The notes under the pieces are model-generated. The model was given only the letters and a program-made list of their open reading frames with translations. It did no database searches and was not told the origin of the DNA. DNA of 64,000 bases from Waddliaceae bacterium (lineage in GTDB: Bacteria > Chlamydiota > Chlamydiia > Chlamydiales > SLOH01). The translations under genes were made by a program, and so were the position numbers. The stretch is from assembly GCA_040880105.1 (NCBI GenBank), contig JBBDJA010000010.1:32001-96000 (forward strand), read 5' to 3'. Each line of letters opens with the position of its first letter. Position 1 is the first letter of the stretch. Below are positions 31,643-41,294 of this stretch, piece by piece.

Positions 31643-32844
31643 GCTTTAGGTTTAGGCGGCGGATGTTTCTTCCTTTTATGGATTTGTGTATTCTTATGAT
31701 GAAAATTTTTCCAGGAATCGTAGTCGTCTTGTAGTTCTCGGTTAGCTAATGCTCGGACTTTTAAAAATTGCAGAGCATCGACAAACTCGCGATTGGTTAA
31801 CATTTTTTTGCGCATATTGCGTTTTTTTGAAATAGGAGTCAACTTATATTGCGTGGATAGAATATAGCTGACTTGAGCTGCCATACGTCTTGGAAAATGA
31901 GAGAAGGTGCTGCTCACAACATCGCGAATTAGTGAGGAGATTTCAAGAATCACATCCCCAAGCGTCGGATGCTCTATCTTTTCCAGTTGTAATTCAAGCA
32001 TCGGAAAAAGTAGGCAGGACATACATACAGAGCGAGGCGGTGCTATGTTTTTTAGCAAATCAACCCCTTTGAGTAACTTAAAGACGTAATCTGATTGTGC
32101 TGTTGTTAAAAAATGATCCAGAGTCGGGAACACAATCTTTAAAATTCCGGATTTGTGCAGCAAATAGAAAAACGGCGCTGCGTAACCGGACTCTAACATA
32201 CGTAGCAGCTCTTCAAGCACTCTTGCAGGAGAGCTGTGGGCGATATGCTCTTTACATTTCAATAACGCTTGCTTGGTTTGCTCATCTACATGGAAGCCAA
32301 ACCTCGCCCGAAATTTGAGCAATCGGATCATTCTGACCGGGTCTTGTTTAAAGCGAATGAGAGGGTCTCCAATAGAGCGGAGTGTATTCTTATGGATGTC
32401 TTCCCAACCGTCGACATAGTCGATGATTTCTCTTGTCAATGGGTTGAAGTAAAGACCGTTAATTGTAAAATCTCGGCGCAGCACATCCTCTTCTTCAGAA
32501 CCCCATTGATTATCCCGGATAATCAAATCGCTTTCATTATCGCCTGAGCGAAACGTTGCAACTTCAATAATTTTATTTCCAAATCTAATGTGAGCAAGTC
32601 GGAACCGTCTGCCGATTAGGATGCATTTACGTCGAAATACAGCCTTGATTTCCTCCGGTTTCGCCGTTGTGGAGACATCGAAATCTTTCGGTTTCCGATG
32701 TGTGAGCAGATCGCGTACAGAACCTCCGACAAGATAGGCTTTGTAGCCTGCCTCTACGAGTTTCTGGACGACGTATAATGCTTCGTTGTCAATTTGTACC
32801 GGATCGATATCGTGATCTGTTGCGTAATATATTTTTGGGCGCAC
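31639..32844 (-). CDS. pcnB: Poly(A) polymerase I
   Basis: VGGSVRD, KDFD, PAP-type signature LIGRRFRLAHIRF, RRDFTIN, DPVRMIR. Confidence 0.95.
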   Translation of the reverse strand: MRPKIYYATDHDIDPVQIDNEALYVVQKLVEAGYKAYLVGGSVRDLLTHRKPKDFDVSTTAKPEEIKAVFRRKCILIGRRFRLAHIRFGNKIIEVATFRSGDNESDLIIRDNQWGSEEEDVLRRDFTINGLYFNPLTREIIDYVDGWEDIHKNTLRSIGDPLIRFKQDPVRMIRLLKFRARFGFHVDEQTKQALLKCKEHIAHSSPARVLEELLRMLESGYAAPFFYLLHKSGILKIVFPTLDHFLTTAQSDYVFKLLKGVDLLKNIAPPRSVCMSCLLFPMLELQLEKIEHPTLGDVILEISSLIRDVVSSTFSHFPRRMAAQVSYILSTQYKLTPISKKRNMRKKMLTNREFVDALQFLKVRALANRELQDDYDSWKNFHHKNTQIHKRKKHPPPKPKA

Positions 32845-32923
32845 AACTTCTAAGCTCTTGATTGTAGATAAAGGAAGATTATATTAGACTTCCAAACTTG
32901 AAGTCAATCAATCTTGGTTTAGA

Positions 32924-34294
32924 ATGAGCAGTAAAGAGCATTATAAAATTTTTGGAACGGATGGAGTAAGGGGAAGAGCGAACCATTTTCCCATGACAGT
33001 TGAGGTTGCACTCGCCCTTGGAAGGTCTGCCGGTAAGATGTTTAGGCGCCATAAAGGACGTCATCGTGTCGTTATCGGAAAAGATACACGACGCTCTTGC
33101 TACATGTTTGAAAATGCGCTGATTGCCGGGCTTTGTTCGATGGGTGTTGATACCCTAATGGTAGGTCCTCTTCCGACTCCGGGCGTTGCATTTTTGACCC
33201 GCGCATATCGTGCAGATGCCGGAATCGTGATTTCTGCCTCGCATAACCCATACTATGATAACGGAATTAAATTCTTCTCTCCCGATGGGTTTAAGTTATC
33301 TAATGAATGGGAAGAAGAGATGGAACGGAACTTAGAGTTGTGTGACTTTAGCGATGATCTTCCTGGTGACGCCGAGATTGGAAGGAACACAAAAGTCCAT
33401 GATGCTCAAGGGCGATATATCGAACTGGCAAAGGCAGTGTATCCTCGGGGATTGACACTAGACGGATTTAAAATTGCACTTGATTGTGCAAATGGTTCTG
33501 CTTACACCGTGGCTCCTTTAATTTTCACAGAGCTTGGAGGCGATGTAATTACTTATGGTGTTCAACCTAACGGATTAAATATCAACGACAATTGTGGGGC
33601 TCTTCATCCTGAAAATGTCAGAAATGCCGTATTGAAGCATCAAGCAGATATTGGAATCGCATTAGATGGTGACGGGGATCGGCTGATTCTTGTGGATGAA
33701 CTTGGAAATATTATTGACGGGGATCAAATTCTTGCGATTTGTGCAATGAATATGATGGAAAGAAAGATGTTGCGTGGCAACCGATTAGTCCTTACTTCCA
33801 TGAGTAATTTAGGAATAGTTAAACATCTCAATGAAATAGGCATTCAAACGATTTTTTCTGATGTAGGTGATCGACATGTCATCGAAAAGATGATCGAGGA
33901 AGACGCAAATCTAGGTGGCGAACAAAGTGGTCATTTGATTTTTCTTGATCATAATACCACCGGAGACGGCCTTGTTTCCGCTCTTCAAGTTTTATCCATT
34001 CTGAAAGAGAGAGGAACGACGTTATCAGAGCTAGCGGGTCAGTTCTTAAAATATCCTCAGATCTGTCTAAATGTTAAAGTAAGCCAGAAACCTCCTTTAG
34101 AAAGCTTGCCGAATACACAAAATGCAATAGATAAGGCCACCAAAAAACTAGGGGAGGAAGGACGTGTATTTGTGCGCTATTCCGGAACAGAAGATCTTCT
34201 TCGAGTAATGGTTGAGGCAAAAGAGGGAGAAGTGGTTGAAGAATTAGCCACAAGCATAGCCAATGCTGCAAAAGAAGAGATAGGAGAGAGATAA
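32924..34294 (+). CDS. glmM: Phosphoglucosamine mutase
   Basis: FGTDGVRG, ISASHNP, DGDGDR, GGEQSGH, RYSGTE. Confidence 0.97.
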   Translation: MSSKEHYKIFGTDGVRGRANHFPMTVEVALALGRSAGKMFRRHKGRHRVVIGKDTRRSCYMFENALIAGLCSMGVDTLMVGPLPTPGVAFLTRAYRADAGIVISASHNPYYDNGIKFFSPDGFKLSNEWEEEMERNLELCDFSDDLPGDAEIGRNTKVHDAQGRYIELAKAVYPRGLTLDGFKIALDCANGSAYTVAPLIFTELGGDVITYGVQPNGLNINDNCGALHPENVRNAVLKHQADIGIALDGDGDRLILVDELGNIIDGDQILAICAMNMMERKMLRGNRLVLTSMSNLGIVKHLNEIGIQTIFSDVGDRHVIEKMIEEDANLGGEQSGHLIFLDHNTTGDGLVSALQVLSILKERGTTLSELAGQFLKYPQICLNVKVSQKPPLESLPNTQNAIDKATKKLGEEGRVFVRYSGTEDLLRVMVEAKEGEVVEELATSIANAAKEEIGER

Positions 34295-34296
34295 TT

Positions 34297-36123
34297 ATGT
34301 GCGGGATTTTTGGTTACGTCAATACTTGCGATCCCATTCAAAAAGTCATTAAGGGATTAAAACATCTTGAGTACAGAGGTTACGACTCTTCGGGGATTGC
34401 AGGCCTGTTTAATGGCAAGTTGGAATGTGTCAAAGCAGTTGGAAAAGTCGAAGAGCTTGAAAAGGCAATTGAAGAGAGGCAATTGAAACTCGATATTGCA
34501 ATCGGCCATACTAGATGGGCAACGCACGGAAAGCCTGCCAAAAAGAATGCACACCCGCATCTTGATGAAAGTAGAAGTTTAGCAGTTGTGCATAATGGGA
34601 TTATTGAGAATCACCATGAATTGCGAGAAATGCTAGAAAAAGAAGGTGTAAAATTTCTATCCGAGACAGACACTGAGGTAATCGCCCACTTAATCAGCCA
34701 TTTTTATAATGGCGACTTAATTGAAGCACTAAAAAAGGCTATTCCACTTCTGCACGGTTCGTTTGCAATCGGATGTATTCATAAAGACTATCCCGGAACA
34801 TTAATAGGAATTGCAAAAGATTCTCCATTGGTTGTTGGAGTGGGAAAAGGCGAGTCTTTTCTTTCTTCAGATTCCCAAGCTTTTTCAGAGTATACAAAAG
34901 AGGTCTTTTATTTATCAGACGGCGAGATTGCAGTCATCCAAAAAGATAAAATTGAGATCTATTCATCCACACTTGAAATCATTAAAAAAGAGACAGAAAT
35001 TCTTTCCGACAGTGTAAACATAATCACAAAAGAAGGTTATGCTCACTATACATTGAAAGAAATTTTTGATCAGCCTCAAGCTCTTAAGAACTGCCTACTC
35101 TCTCGCTTTTCAGAAGAGTGGGGAAGTGCGATTTTTGAAGAGCTTCCGTTCGATCCAAAAGAATTTCTCTCGATTAATAATATTTTGATCGTCGCTTGCG
35201 GCACATCTTCGCATGCGGGAATCCTTGGCCATTATCTTCTGGAGGGGTTAGCAAGAATACCCGCTCGCGTCGAGTTTTCATCAGAGTTACGCTATCAAAA
35301 CCCGATAGTCCCTAAAGGGACTCTTGTGATTGCGATTAGCCAGTCAGGGGAAACTGCCGATACGATCGCAGCTGTTAGAGAAATGAAGTCAAAAGGGGCG
35401 ATGATACTTGCGCTTTGCAATGTCTACTCTTCCACATTAACGCGCATTGCAGACGGAACGATTTTTTTACGCGCAGGTCCTGAGATCGGAGTGTGTTCAA
35501 CAAAGGCTTTTGTCAACCAAGTCGCAGTGATTACTCTACTTTCTACCATGTTTGCAAGACTACATCATATGAGCAAAGAGAAGGGAAGGCGGATTTTTGA
35601 AGAGATCCAAAAGCTGCCTGAAATGATTCAGCAAGTCCTGGATCAATCAGAGCAGATCCAAAAGCTCGCAGAAAAATATAACGCATACAATAACTTTTTT
35701 TATATTGGGCGTCGATATATGTACCCGACTGCCTTAGAAGGGGCTCTCAAGCTTAAAGAGATTGCCTATGTGAATGCTAACGGGTATGCAGCAGGTGAGA
35801 TGAAACACGGTCCGATTGCCTTAATTAACGAAGATTGTCCGACAATTGCCTTTTGTGCAGATGAAAGTACGTATGAAAAAATGGTTTCAAATATTTTAGA
35901 AATTAAATCAAGGAATGGAAAGGTAATTGCAATTGCTCCTTTTCATAGCCCGCGCATTGAATCTATTGCTGATGATGTCATTTATGTACCAAAAACGCTT
36001 GATGAACTATCGGCAATACCCTCCACTGTCGCAGCGCAACTTTTTGCCTATTATTTTGCACTAAAGCGTGGGACAGAAATTGACCAGCCTCGAAATTTAG
36101 CCAAATCCGTAACTGTCGAATGA
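34297..36123 (+). CDS. glmS: Glutamine-fructose-6-phosphate transaminase
   Basis: MCGIFG, GHTRWATHG, SQSGETAD, PRNLAKSVTVE. Confidence 0.99.
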   Translation: MCGIFGYVNTCDPIQKVIKGLKHLEYRGYDSSGIAGLFNGKLECVKAVGKVEELEKAIEERQLKLDIAIGHTRWATHGKPAKKNAHPHLDESRSLAVVHNGIIENHHELREMLEKEGVKFLSETDTEVIAHLISHFYNGDLIEALKKAIPLLHGSFAIGCIHKDYPGTLIGIAKDSPLVVGVGKGESFLSSDSQAFSEYTKEVFYLSDGEIAVIQKDKIEIYSSTLEIIKKETEILSDSVNIITKEGYAHYTLKEIFDQPQALKNCLLSRFSEEWGSAIFEELPFDPKEFLSINNILIVACGTSSHAGILGHYLLEGLARIPARVEFSSELRYQNPIVPKGTLVIAISQSGETADTIAAVREMKSKGAMILALCNVYSSTLTRIADGTIFLRAGPEIGVCSTKAFVNQVAVITLLSTMFARLHHMSKEKGRRIFEEIQKLPEMIQQVLDQSEQIQKLAEKYNAYNNFFYIGRRYMYPTALEGALKLKEIAYVNANGYAAGEMKHGPIALINEDCPTIAFCADESTYEKMVSNILEIKSRNGKVIAIAPFHSPRIESIADDVIYVPKTLDELSAIPSTVAAQLFAYYFALKRGTEIDQPRNLAKSVTVE

Positions 36124-37298
36124 GAAATACAAATTCATTAGTTGGCGGGATATTACTTGTAGCAGGAACCTCTATTGGCGCCGGAATGCTTGGTCTTCCT
36201 GTTTTAACAGCTCAAATCGGGTTTCTACCCACATGTCTTATTTATACAATCGCATGGGCCATTATGGCATCCACTGGACTGTTGCTTCTTGAAGTGACTC
36301 TTTGGTTCCAGGCACGCACGAATCTGGTTTCTATGGCTAAAGAGACACTTGGGTTTTGGGGTGCAGCCTTCGCATGGGTCATTTACTTATTTTTCTTCTA
36401 CTTTTTGACTCTTGCCTATATCACAGGATGCGGAAAGTTTTTGACCTTTCTCTCGGATGGAGCGATCCCCGAGTGGTTATCTCCAGCTATTTTTGTGCTT
36501 CTTTTTTCCCCTTTTGTTATTTACGGGGCTCACTTGCTTAGTCAGGTGAATGCTGTGATGGTTGTTGGACTTATTGTGAGTTTTGTCTCATTTCTCGTGC
36601 TTGGGTTTTCTCACATACATCTCCCGATTTTAGAGACAGCCGATTGGTCTGCTGCGATATTTGCCCTTCCTATCTCCTTTGCAGCATTTGGGTTTCAAGG
36701 TGTGATACCAAGTCTTGGACATTATTTTAATTACAATAGGAAGAAAACCCAGACTGCAATCGTTTTAGGGTCGCTGATTCCACTTGTAATCTATACGATC
36801 TGGGAGGCCTTTATTTTGGGAATCGTCCCCTTAGATGGCCCCAACAGTTTAAGTGAAGCTCTCATTCAAGGAGAAGAGGTGGTTGCGCCCCTTGCTAAAC
36901 AGCTTAAAAATTCAAAAGTTGCATATTTAGCGCAAGTTTTTGGCTTCTTTGCTCTTTCTACCTCCTTTTTTGGAGTGACTCTTGGATTAATGGACTTTCT
37001 CTCCGATGGGCTAAAAATTCCAAAAAGGGGTGCATATCGCCTTCTTCTTGGCGCCTTAGTTTTCTTTCCGCCTGTATTAGTCGCTATGATAGACCCAAGA
37101 TTATTTTTGACCGCTCTCGGTGTGGCTGGGGGATTTGGAGGCGCTCTACTTTTAGGCCTGTTGCCGATTCTTATGTTCTTTTCAGGAAAATACTATCTAA
37201 AGCTTAAGACAAAACTTCCTGTAGGGAAATTAGGTCTATTTTTGATTACAGTGATTGTTTTTATGGTTGTCGTGATTGAAATTCTACATCTAGTATAA
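36120..37298 (+). CDS. tyrP: Aromatic amino acid permease (Mtr/TyrP family)
   Basis: LVAGTSIGAGMLGLP, FGFQGVIPS, TSFFGV..GL.DF..D; follows glmS. Confidence 0.9.
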   Translation: MRNTNSLVGGILLVAGTSIGAGMLGLPVLTAQIGFLPTCLIYTIAWAIMASTGLLLLEVTLWFQARTNLVSMAKETLGFWGAAFAWVIYLFFFYFLTLAYITGCGKFLTFLSDGAIPEWLSPAIFVLLFSPFVIYGAHLLSQVNAVMVVGLIVSFVSFLVLGFSHIHLPILETADWSAAIFALPISFAAFGFQGVIPSLGHYFNYNRKKTQTAIVLGSLIPLVIYTIWEAFILGIVPLDGPNSLSEALIQGEEVVAPLAKQLKNSKVAYLAQVFGFFALSTSFFGVTLGLMDFLSDGLKIPKRGAYRLLLGALVFFPPVLVAMIDPRLFLTALGVAGGFGGALLLGLLPILMFFSGKYYLKLKTKLPVGKLGLFLITVIVFMVVVIEILHLV

Positions 37299-37301
37299 AA
37301 A

Positions 37302-37420
37302 ATAGCCCACCCGTTACACACGCTCTTCAGACTTATAACGAACTTTAATCAACTTGATAAACAAATCTCATTTTAAGTTCTAAGTTTTTTCCCAAAGAGC
37401 GTGTGAAACGGGCAGGCTAT
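37302..37420. repeat. Inverted-repeat element (MITE-like, family B), 26 bp arms
   Basis: ATAGCCCACCCGTTACACACGCTCTT (37302-37327) vs AAGAGCGTGTGAAACGGGCAGGCTAT (37395-37420), 23/26 complementary. Confidence 0.75.
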
Positions 37421-37442
37421 CAATACTTCATACTATTATATA

Positions 37443-37766
37443 TTAGAATCCAATACGGAACTGAACTCCCGAACCCCCACGTCTGTAATATCTACCATGA
37501 CGAGGTCCATAGAAGTTATTATATCCGGGGCCCCAATAATCACCATATGTATAGGGGCGATAATAATAGCTGCGATTGTAAGGTCGATAGTAACCTCTTC
37601 TTACATAAGGACGCGATCCAAATCCACCGCGTACATACACACGCTGGCTTATTTCTGTATCGGCTGATCCCTTAAGTACTTCTGCTCCAGTGGCAGGAAC
37701 TGCTACCATCATCCCTAACGCGATTAATAGTCCACTTACTTTTGCTAGGTACATATGCACCTCCAT
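37443..37766 (-). CDS. Small exported Gly/Arg/Tyr-rich protein
   Basis: Signal peptide ending ATGA; RGG and YYRPY repeats; GGAGG RBS suggests the start is the second Met (37754). Confidence 0.75.
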   Translation of the reverse strand: MEVHMYLAKVSGLLIALGMMVAVPATGAEVLKGSADTEISQRVYVRGGFGSRPYVRRGYYRPYNRSYYYRPYTYGDYWGPGYNNFYGPRHGRYYRRGGSGVQFRIGF

Positions 37767-38054
37767 TTAATTTATTAAACGATAACGGAGGATTGCCCTC
37801 ACTTGACCGCCTAAAAAGGCGAATAACAGATCATTTTCGTGATGTCTTTAAACCTAATCGGTTTAGCGTCACAAAACGTATCTGCATAAATCAAGATCAT
37901 TGTGACAACCCTCCTAAACTCTCTTTACTTAACCTCCTTCTATACTTTTATTATCAAATAATAAATTTACAAAGTCAAATAAAAACTACAACATTTATTA
38001 CATTTATTTAATTAACTCCCTTATTGTTAAAGGATTTAAATGTAGATTGATATA

Positions 38055-38244
38055 TCTTTGTTTTATCAGACTTTGTGCGGTGAAATTTCAGGGTGCAACT
38101 GATAATTTAGCGGGGGAGGAGAGCGCCGAGCACTAACGCAAATGTATTGGAACGTGTACTTTTACGAGAGGTAAACATAACTGATTGATAATTAGTTAGG
38201 TGTGCCTAGGGTCGATCACCGTTAAGACGTTTAGGATTTAAAGA
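38055..38244 (+). ncRNA. Candidate structured non-coding RNA (6S-like length)
   Basis: Long closing stem GCGGTGA..TTCAGGGTGCA.CTGATAATT / AATTAGTTAG.TGTGCCTAGG..TCACCGT with many G-U pairs; TAGATT -10-like hexamer at 38043-38048. Confidence 0.4.
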
Positions 38245-38299
38245 GCAGACTTTTTGGTAGTTTTTTACGCTTAAAATTCAATCTACAAAAAGTTCTTAC

Positions 38300-38328
38300 T
38301 TGCATAAAATCCATGTCATTGCTACTAT
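38300..38328 (+). promoter_or_regulatory. Sigma70/sigma66-type promoter for tRNA-Gln and prs
   Basis: TTGCAT-17 bp-TACTAT with an extended -10 TG. Confidence 0.7.
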
Positions 38329-38347
38329 TTTTTTATCAATTGACCAT

Positions 38348-38419
38348 TGGGGTGTCGCCAAGCGGTAAGGCAGCGGTTTTTGGTACCGCCATGCGGAGGT
38401 TCGAATCCTTCCACCCCAA
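38348..38419 (+). tRNA. tRNA-Gln(TTG)
   Basis: Acceptor stem TGGGGTG/CACCCCA (U1-A72), anticodon arm GCGGT-TTTTGGT-ACCGC, T-arm GGAGG-TTCGAAT-CCTTC; CCA not encoded. Confidence 0.97.
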
Positions 38420-38439
38420 ATTGACCAAGGGATAAATGC

Positions 38440-39426
38440 ATGCCCAAAGCGGGAAATAATTTCCTACTATTCTCAGGTTCTTCACATCGAGAATTAGCGA
38501 TAGAAGTAGCTGAGAATTTAGGCGTGGCTCTTGGAAAGGTTGCATTTGAACGGTTTCCGGATGGGGAGATTGCTCTTCAAATCCAGGAAAATGTCCGCGG
38601 TCGGGATGTATTTGTAATGCAAAGCATTGCTCTTGACCCTAACAACTTCTTAATGGAGCTGTTAATCATGGTCGATTCGTTCAAACGAGCATCCGCAAAA
38701 AGTATTACTGCTGTGATTCCCTATTTTGGGTATAGCCGGCAGGATCGAAAGGACAAACCTCGAGTCCCAATTACAGCAAAATTAGTCGCTAATTTGCTTG
38801 AAACAGCGGGAGTTACTCGAGTTGTCACAATGGATTTGCACACTGAGCAACTCCAAGGCTTTTTTGATATCCCTGTGGAAAATTTGTATGCTAGACCCGC
38901 TTTGGTTGAAGCATTTCAACAAATTGTCCCGGGAAAATGTGTAGTAGTGGCCCCCGATATTGGGAGCGTCAAATTGGCACGTACATTTGCAAGTCAACTT
39001 AATGTGGATTTTGCAGTTGTAGACAAGCATCGTAAAGATGCAAGTCACGTGGAGGTTGTCGCTTTAATCGGGGATGTGGAAGAAAAGGATGTACTTCTCG
39101 CTGATGACATGTGTTCTACATCAGGAACATTAGTGTCTGCAGCAAAAATTTGCCAAGAGAAGGGCGCAAGTAGGATCTTTGCTGCTGTCTCGCATGGAGT
39201 TCTTGTAGGAGAATCCATGAAGAGATTAGAAGCAAGTCCGATTGAAACGTTGTTAATTAGTAACAGCATCCCGTTCTCGGATCGATTATCCGGGACGACC
39301 AAAATCCAAATTGTTTCAATTGCCCCTCTTATTAGTAAAGCGATAAATTGTATTTTATCGCGAGAATCCATCTCTTCATTCTACCGTATCGACAGCTCCG
39401 GAAAAGAGCCAACGATTAGTCATTAA
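38440..39426 (+). CDS. prs: Ribose-phosphate pyrophosphokinase
   Basis: FPDGE, PYFGYSRQDRK, MDLH, APDIG, DDMCSTSGT. Confidence 0.98.
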   Translation: MPKAGNNFLLFSGSSHRELAIEVAENLGVALGKVAFERFPDGEIALQIQENVRGRDVFVMQSIALDPNNFLMELLIMVDSFKRASAKSITAVIPYFGYSRQDRKDKPRVPITAKLVANLLETAGVTRVVTMDLHTEQLQGFFDIPVENLYARPALVEAFQQIVPGKCVVVAPDIGSVKLARTFASQLNVDFAVVDKHRKDASHVEVVALIGDVEEKDVLLADDMCSTSGTLVSAAKICQEKGASRIFAAVSHGVLVGESMKRLEASPIETLLISNSIPFSDRLSGTTKIQIVSIAPLISKAINCILSRESISSFYRIDSSGKEPTISH

Positions 39427-39543
39427 AAAATTTAGTCCTGATACTCGAGTTTAATCTGTAAATCATAATTTACCTATTAATCCGGTGTTTAAGACAAGTA
39501 GCCTTTTTATAGTTAAAATGTATCCATCTTATTGGAGGAGTAA

Positions 39544-40107
39544 ATGTTTAAATTACAAACGAAAGCGCGCAAGGCTGAAACAAAAGGCGAGACAAATCAA
39601 CTTCGCAGAGAAGGCTGTATTCCTGCAGTGATTTATGCGCACGGAACAAGCGGCAAGTCTGTATCGATATCCGGTGTGGAATTTGATGCTTGCATGCGAA
39701 ATGTTCGAAAAGGGCATTTGTCAACAACAAGGTTTAACCTTGTGGATGAGAACGGTGAAAAAGCGGAAGCGGTTATTAAAGAGATACAATATAACCCAAC
39801 GAACTATCAACCGATTCATATTGACTTTGAAGAACTCGTTCAGGACGTTCCTGTCAATATCAAAGTTCCGATTGAGTGCGTAGGTGTCGCCGATTGTGTC
39901 GGAATTAAATTGGGCGGAGTATTACGACAAGTGATTCGTAGCTTAAAAGTGAGATGCCTTCCAAAAGACATCCCTTCAGAGTTTAAAATTGATGTACGCA
40001 AGCTGCAAATCAAAGAGAAGAGACGTTTAAGTGACCTTAAGATTCCTGAAACAGTAAGGCCGCTTGCAAAACTTCAAGAAGTTGCCGTGGTGATTGCGAA
40101 AAGATAA
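39544..40107 (+). CDS. rplY: 50S ribosomal protein L25/Ctc
   Basis: LRREGCIPAVIY, HIDF, GIKLGGVL. Confidence 0.96.
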   Translation: MFKLQTKARKAETKGETNQLRREGCIPAVIYAHGTSGKSVSISGVEFDACMRNVRKGHLSTTRFNLVDENGEKAEAVIKEIQYNPTNYQPIHIDFEELVQDVPVNIKVPIECVGVADCVGIKLGGVLRQVIRSLKVRCLPKDIPSEFKIDVRKLQIKEKRRLSDLKIPETVRPLAKLQEVAVVIAKR

Positions 40108-40709
40108 TGCAACAAGTCGTTTTTGCAGGCCTAGGGAATCCGGGCAAAGAATATGAAAGAACGCGCCACAATCTAGGATATCTTGTCGTTCAAGAGTTTG
40201 CCAAACGGCATGGCTTGAACTTCAAGGAAGACAAACGATGCAGCGCGTACTTTTCAAAGGGTAATGTAGAGGGTGTGATTGTACATCTCTTACTTCCCGC
40301 GACTTATATGAATAATAGCGGTATTGCCTTAAGAAAATACTGTGATTATTTAAAACTTAAGCCTTCTGACTTTGTTGTCGTAGTCGATGATATTGCGCTT
40401 CCCTTTGCGACAATGCGTCTAAGACAGAGAGGGACTCACGGAGGGCATAACGGGTTAAGGAGTATTCAGCTCCATTTTGGCACCCAGGAATATGCAAGAT
40501 TGCGTATGGGAGTGGGTCGAGGACGGCAAGAGAAACCGTTGGCCAAACATGTGTTGGATCGGTTTACTAAAGATGAGGCAGATATATTAGATGAGTTTGT
40601 GCAAAAAGGGACAGATGTTTTGCAAACTCTTTTGAAAGAGCCCATCGAACAAGTGATGAACAAAATAAATTTAAAGGTACAAAATGACAGAGAAGAAGAA
40701 TCTGTATGA
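40107..40709 (+). CDS. pth: Peptidyl-tRNA hydrolase
   Basis: GLGNPGKEYERTRHNLG, TYMNNSG, GGHNGLRS. Confidence 0.98.
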   Translation: MQQVVFAGLGNPGKEYERTRHNLGYLVVQEFAKRHGLNFKEDKRCSAYFSKGNVEGVIVHLLLPATYMNNSGIALRKYCDYLKLKPSDFVVVVDDIALPFATMRLRQRGTHGGHNGLRSIQLHFGTQEYARLRMGVGRGRQEKPLAKHVLDRFTKDEADILDEFVQKGTDVLQTLLKEPIEQVMNKINLKVQNDREEESV

Positions 40710-41022
40710 GGGAATGTTTATCATATCCCCCACGCTGAGCGAGGAGGCGACTAAGTCGGCTTTTGATCGCATTCAAACAGCGATTACAGAACAGAAAGGA
40801 GAAATTAATAAACTACATGACATGAGAAAACGTAAGCTCGCTTATGAAATTCATGGCCATAAAGAAGGGCATTACTTTCTACTTTATTTCACAGCTCCAA
40901 CACAAGCAATTGCAAAATTGTGGAAAGAGTTCAATTTACATGAAGATTTGCTCCGATTTGTTACGCTTCAAGCGGATGAAGTGAGAGAAAATCTTGAATA
41001 TAAACCTTTAGGCGAAGTGTAG
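40684..41022 (+). CDS. rpsF: 30S ribosomal protein S6
   Basis: YEGMFII, RKLAYEI, LLRF. Confidence 0.96.
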   Translation: MTEKKNLYEGMFIISPTLSEEATKSAFDRIQTAITEQKGEINKLHDMRKRKLAYEIHGHKEGHYFLLYFTAPTQAIAKLWKEFNLHEDLLRFVTLQADEVRENLEYKPLGEV

Positions 41023-41031
41023 GAGGAAAAC

Positions 41032-41283
41032 ATGTCGAGTCGTACGTACCGTCCAGGAGTCTCTGAGCGCAGACGCAAGAAAAAACAGTGTCCATTCACT
41101 GCTGCAGGCATCAAAGAGATCGATTATAAGGATGTAGAAACATTAGAACAGTTTATTACAGAACGGGGTAAAATTCTTCCTAGAAGAATTTCAGGAGTCT
41201 CCGCATATCACCAGAAAAAATTATCAAATGCGATCAAGCGTGCAAGATATATGGCATTGCTTCCTTTCGTCGCAGGAGCGTAG
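41032..41283 (+). CDS. rpsR: 30S ribosomal protein S18
   Basis: [23 protein letters not shown]. Confidence 0.98.
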   Translation: MSSRTYRPGVSERRRKKKQCPFTAAGIKEIDYKDVETLEQFITERGKILPRRISGVSAYHQKKLSNAIKRARYMALLPFVAGA

Positions 41284-41294
41284 GAGAGAAGATA

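Noticed and set aside
37742..38011. 89 aa ORF in the spacer before tRNA-Gln
   Set aside because: TTG start without an RBS, overlaps the start of the opposite-strand gene, and runs through AT-rich promoter-like DNA.
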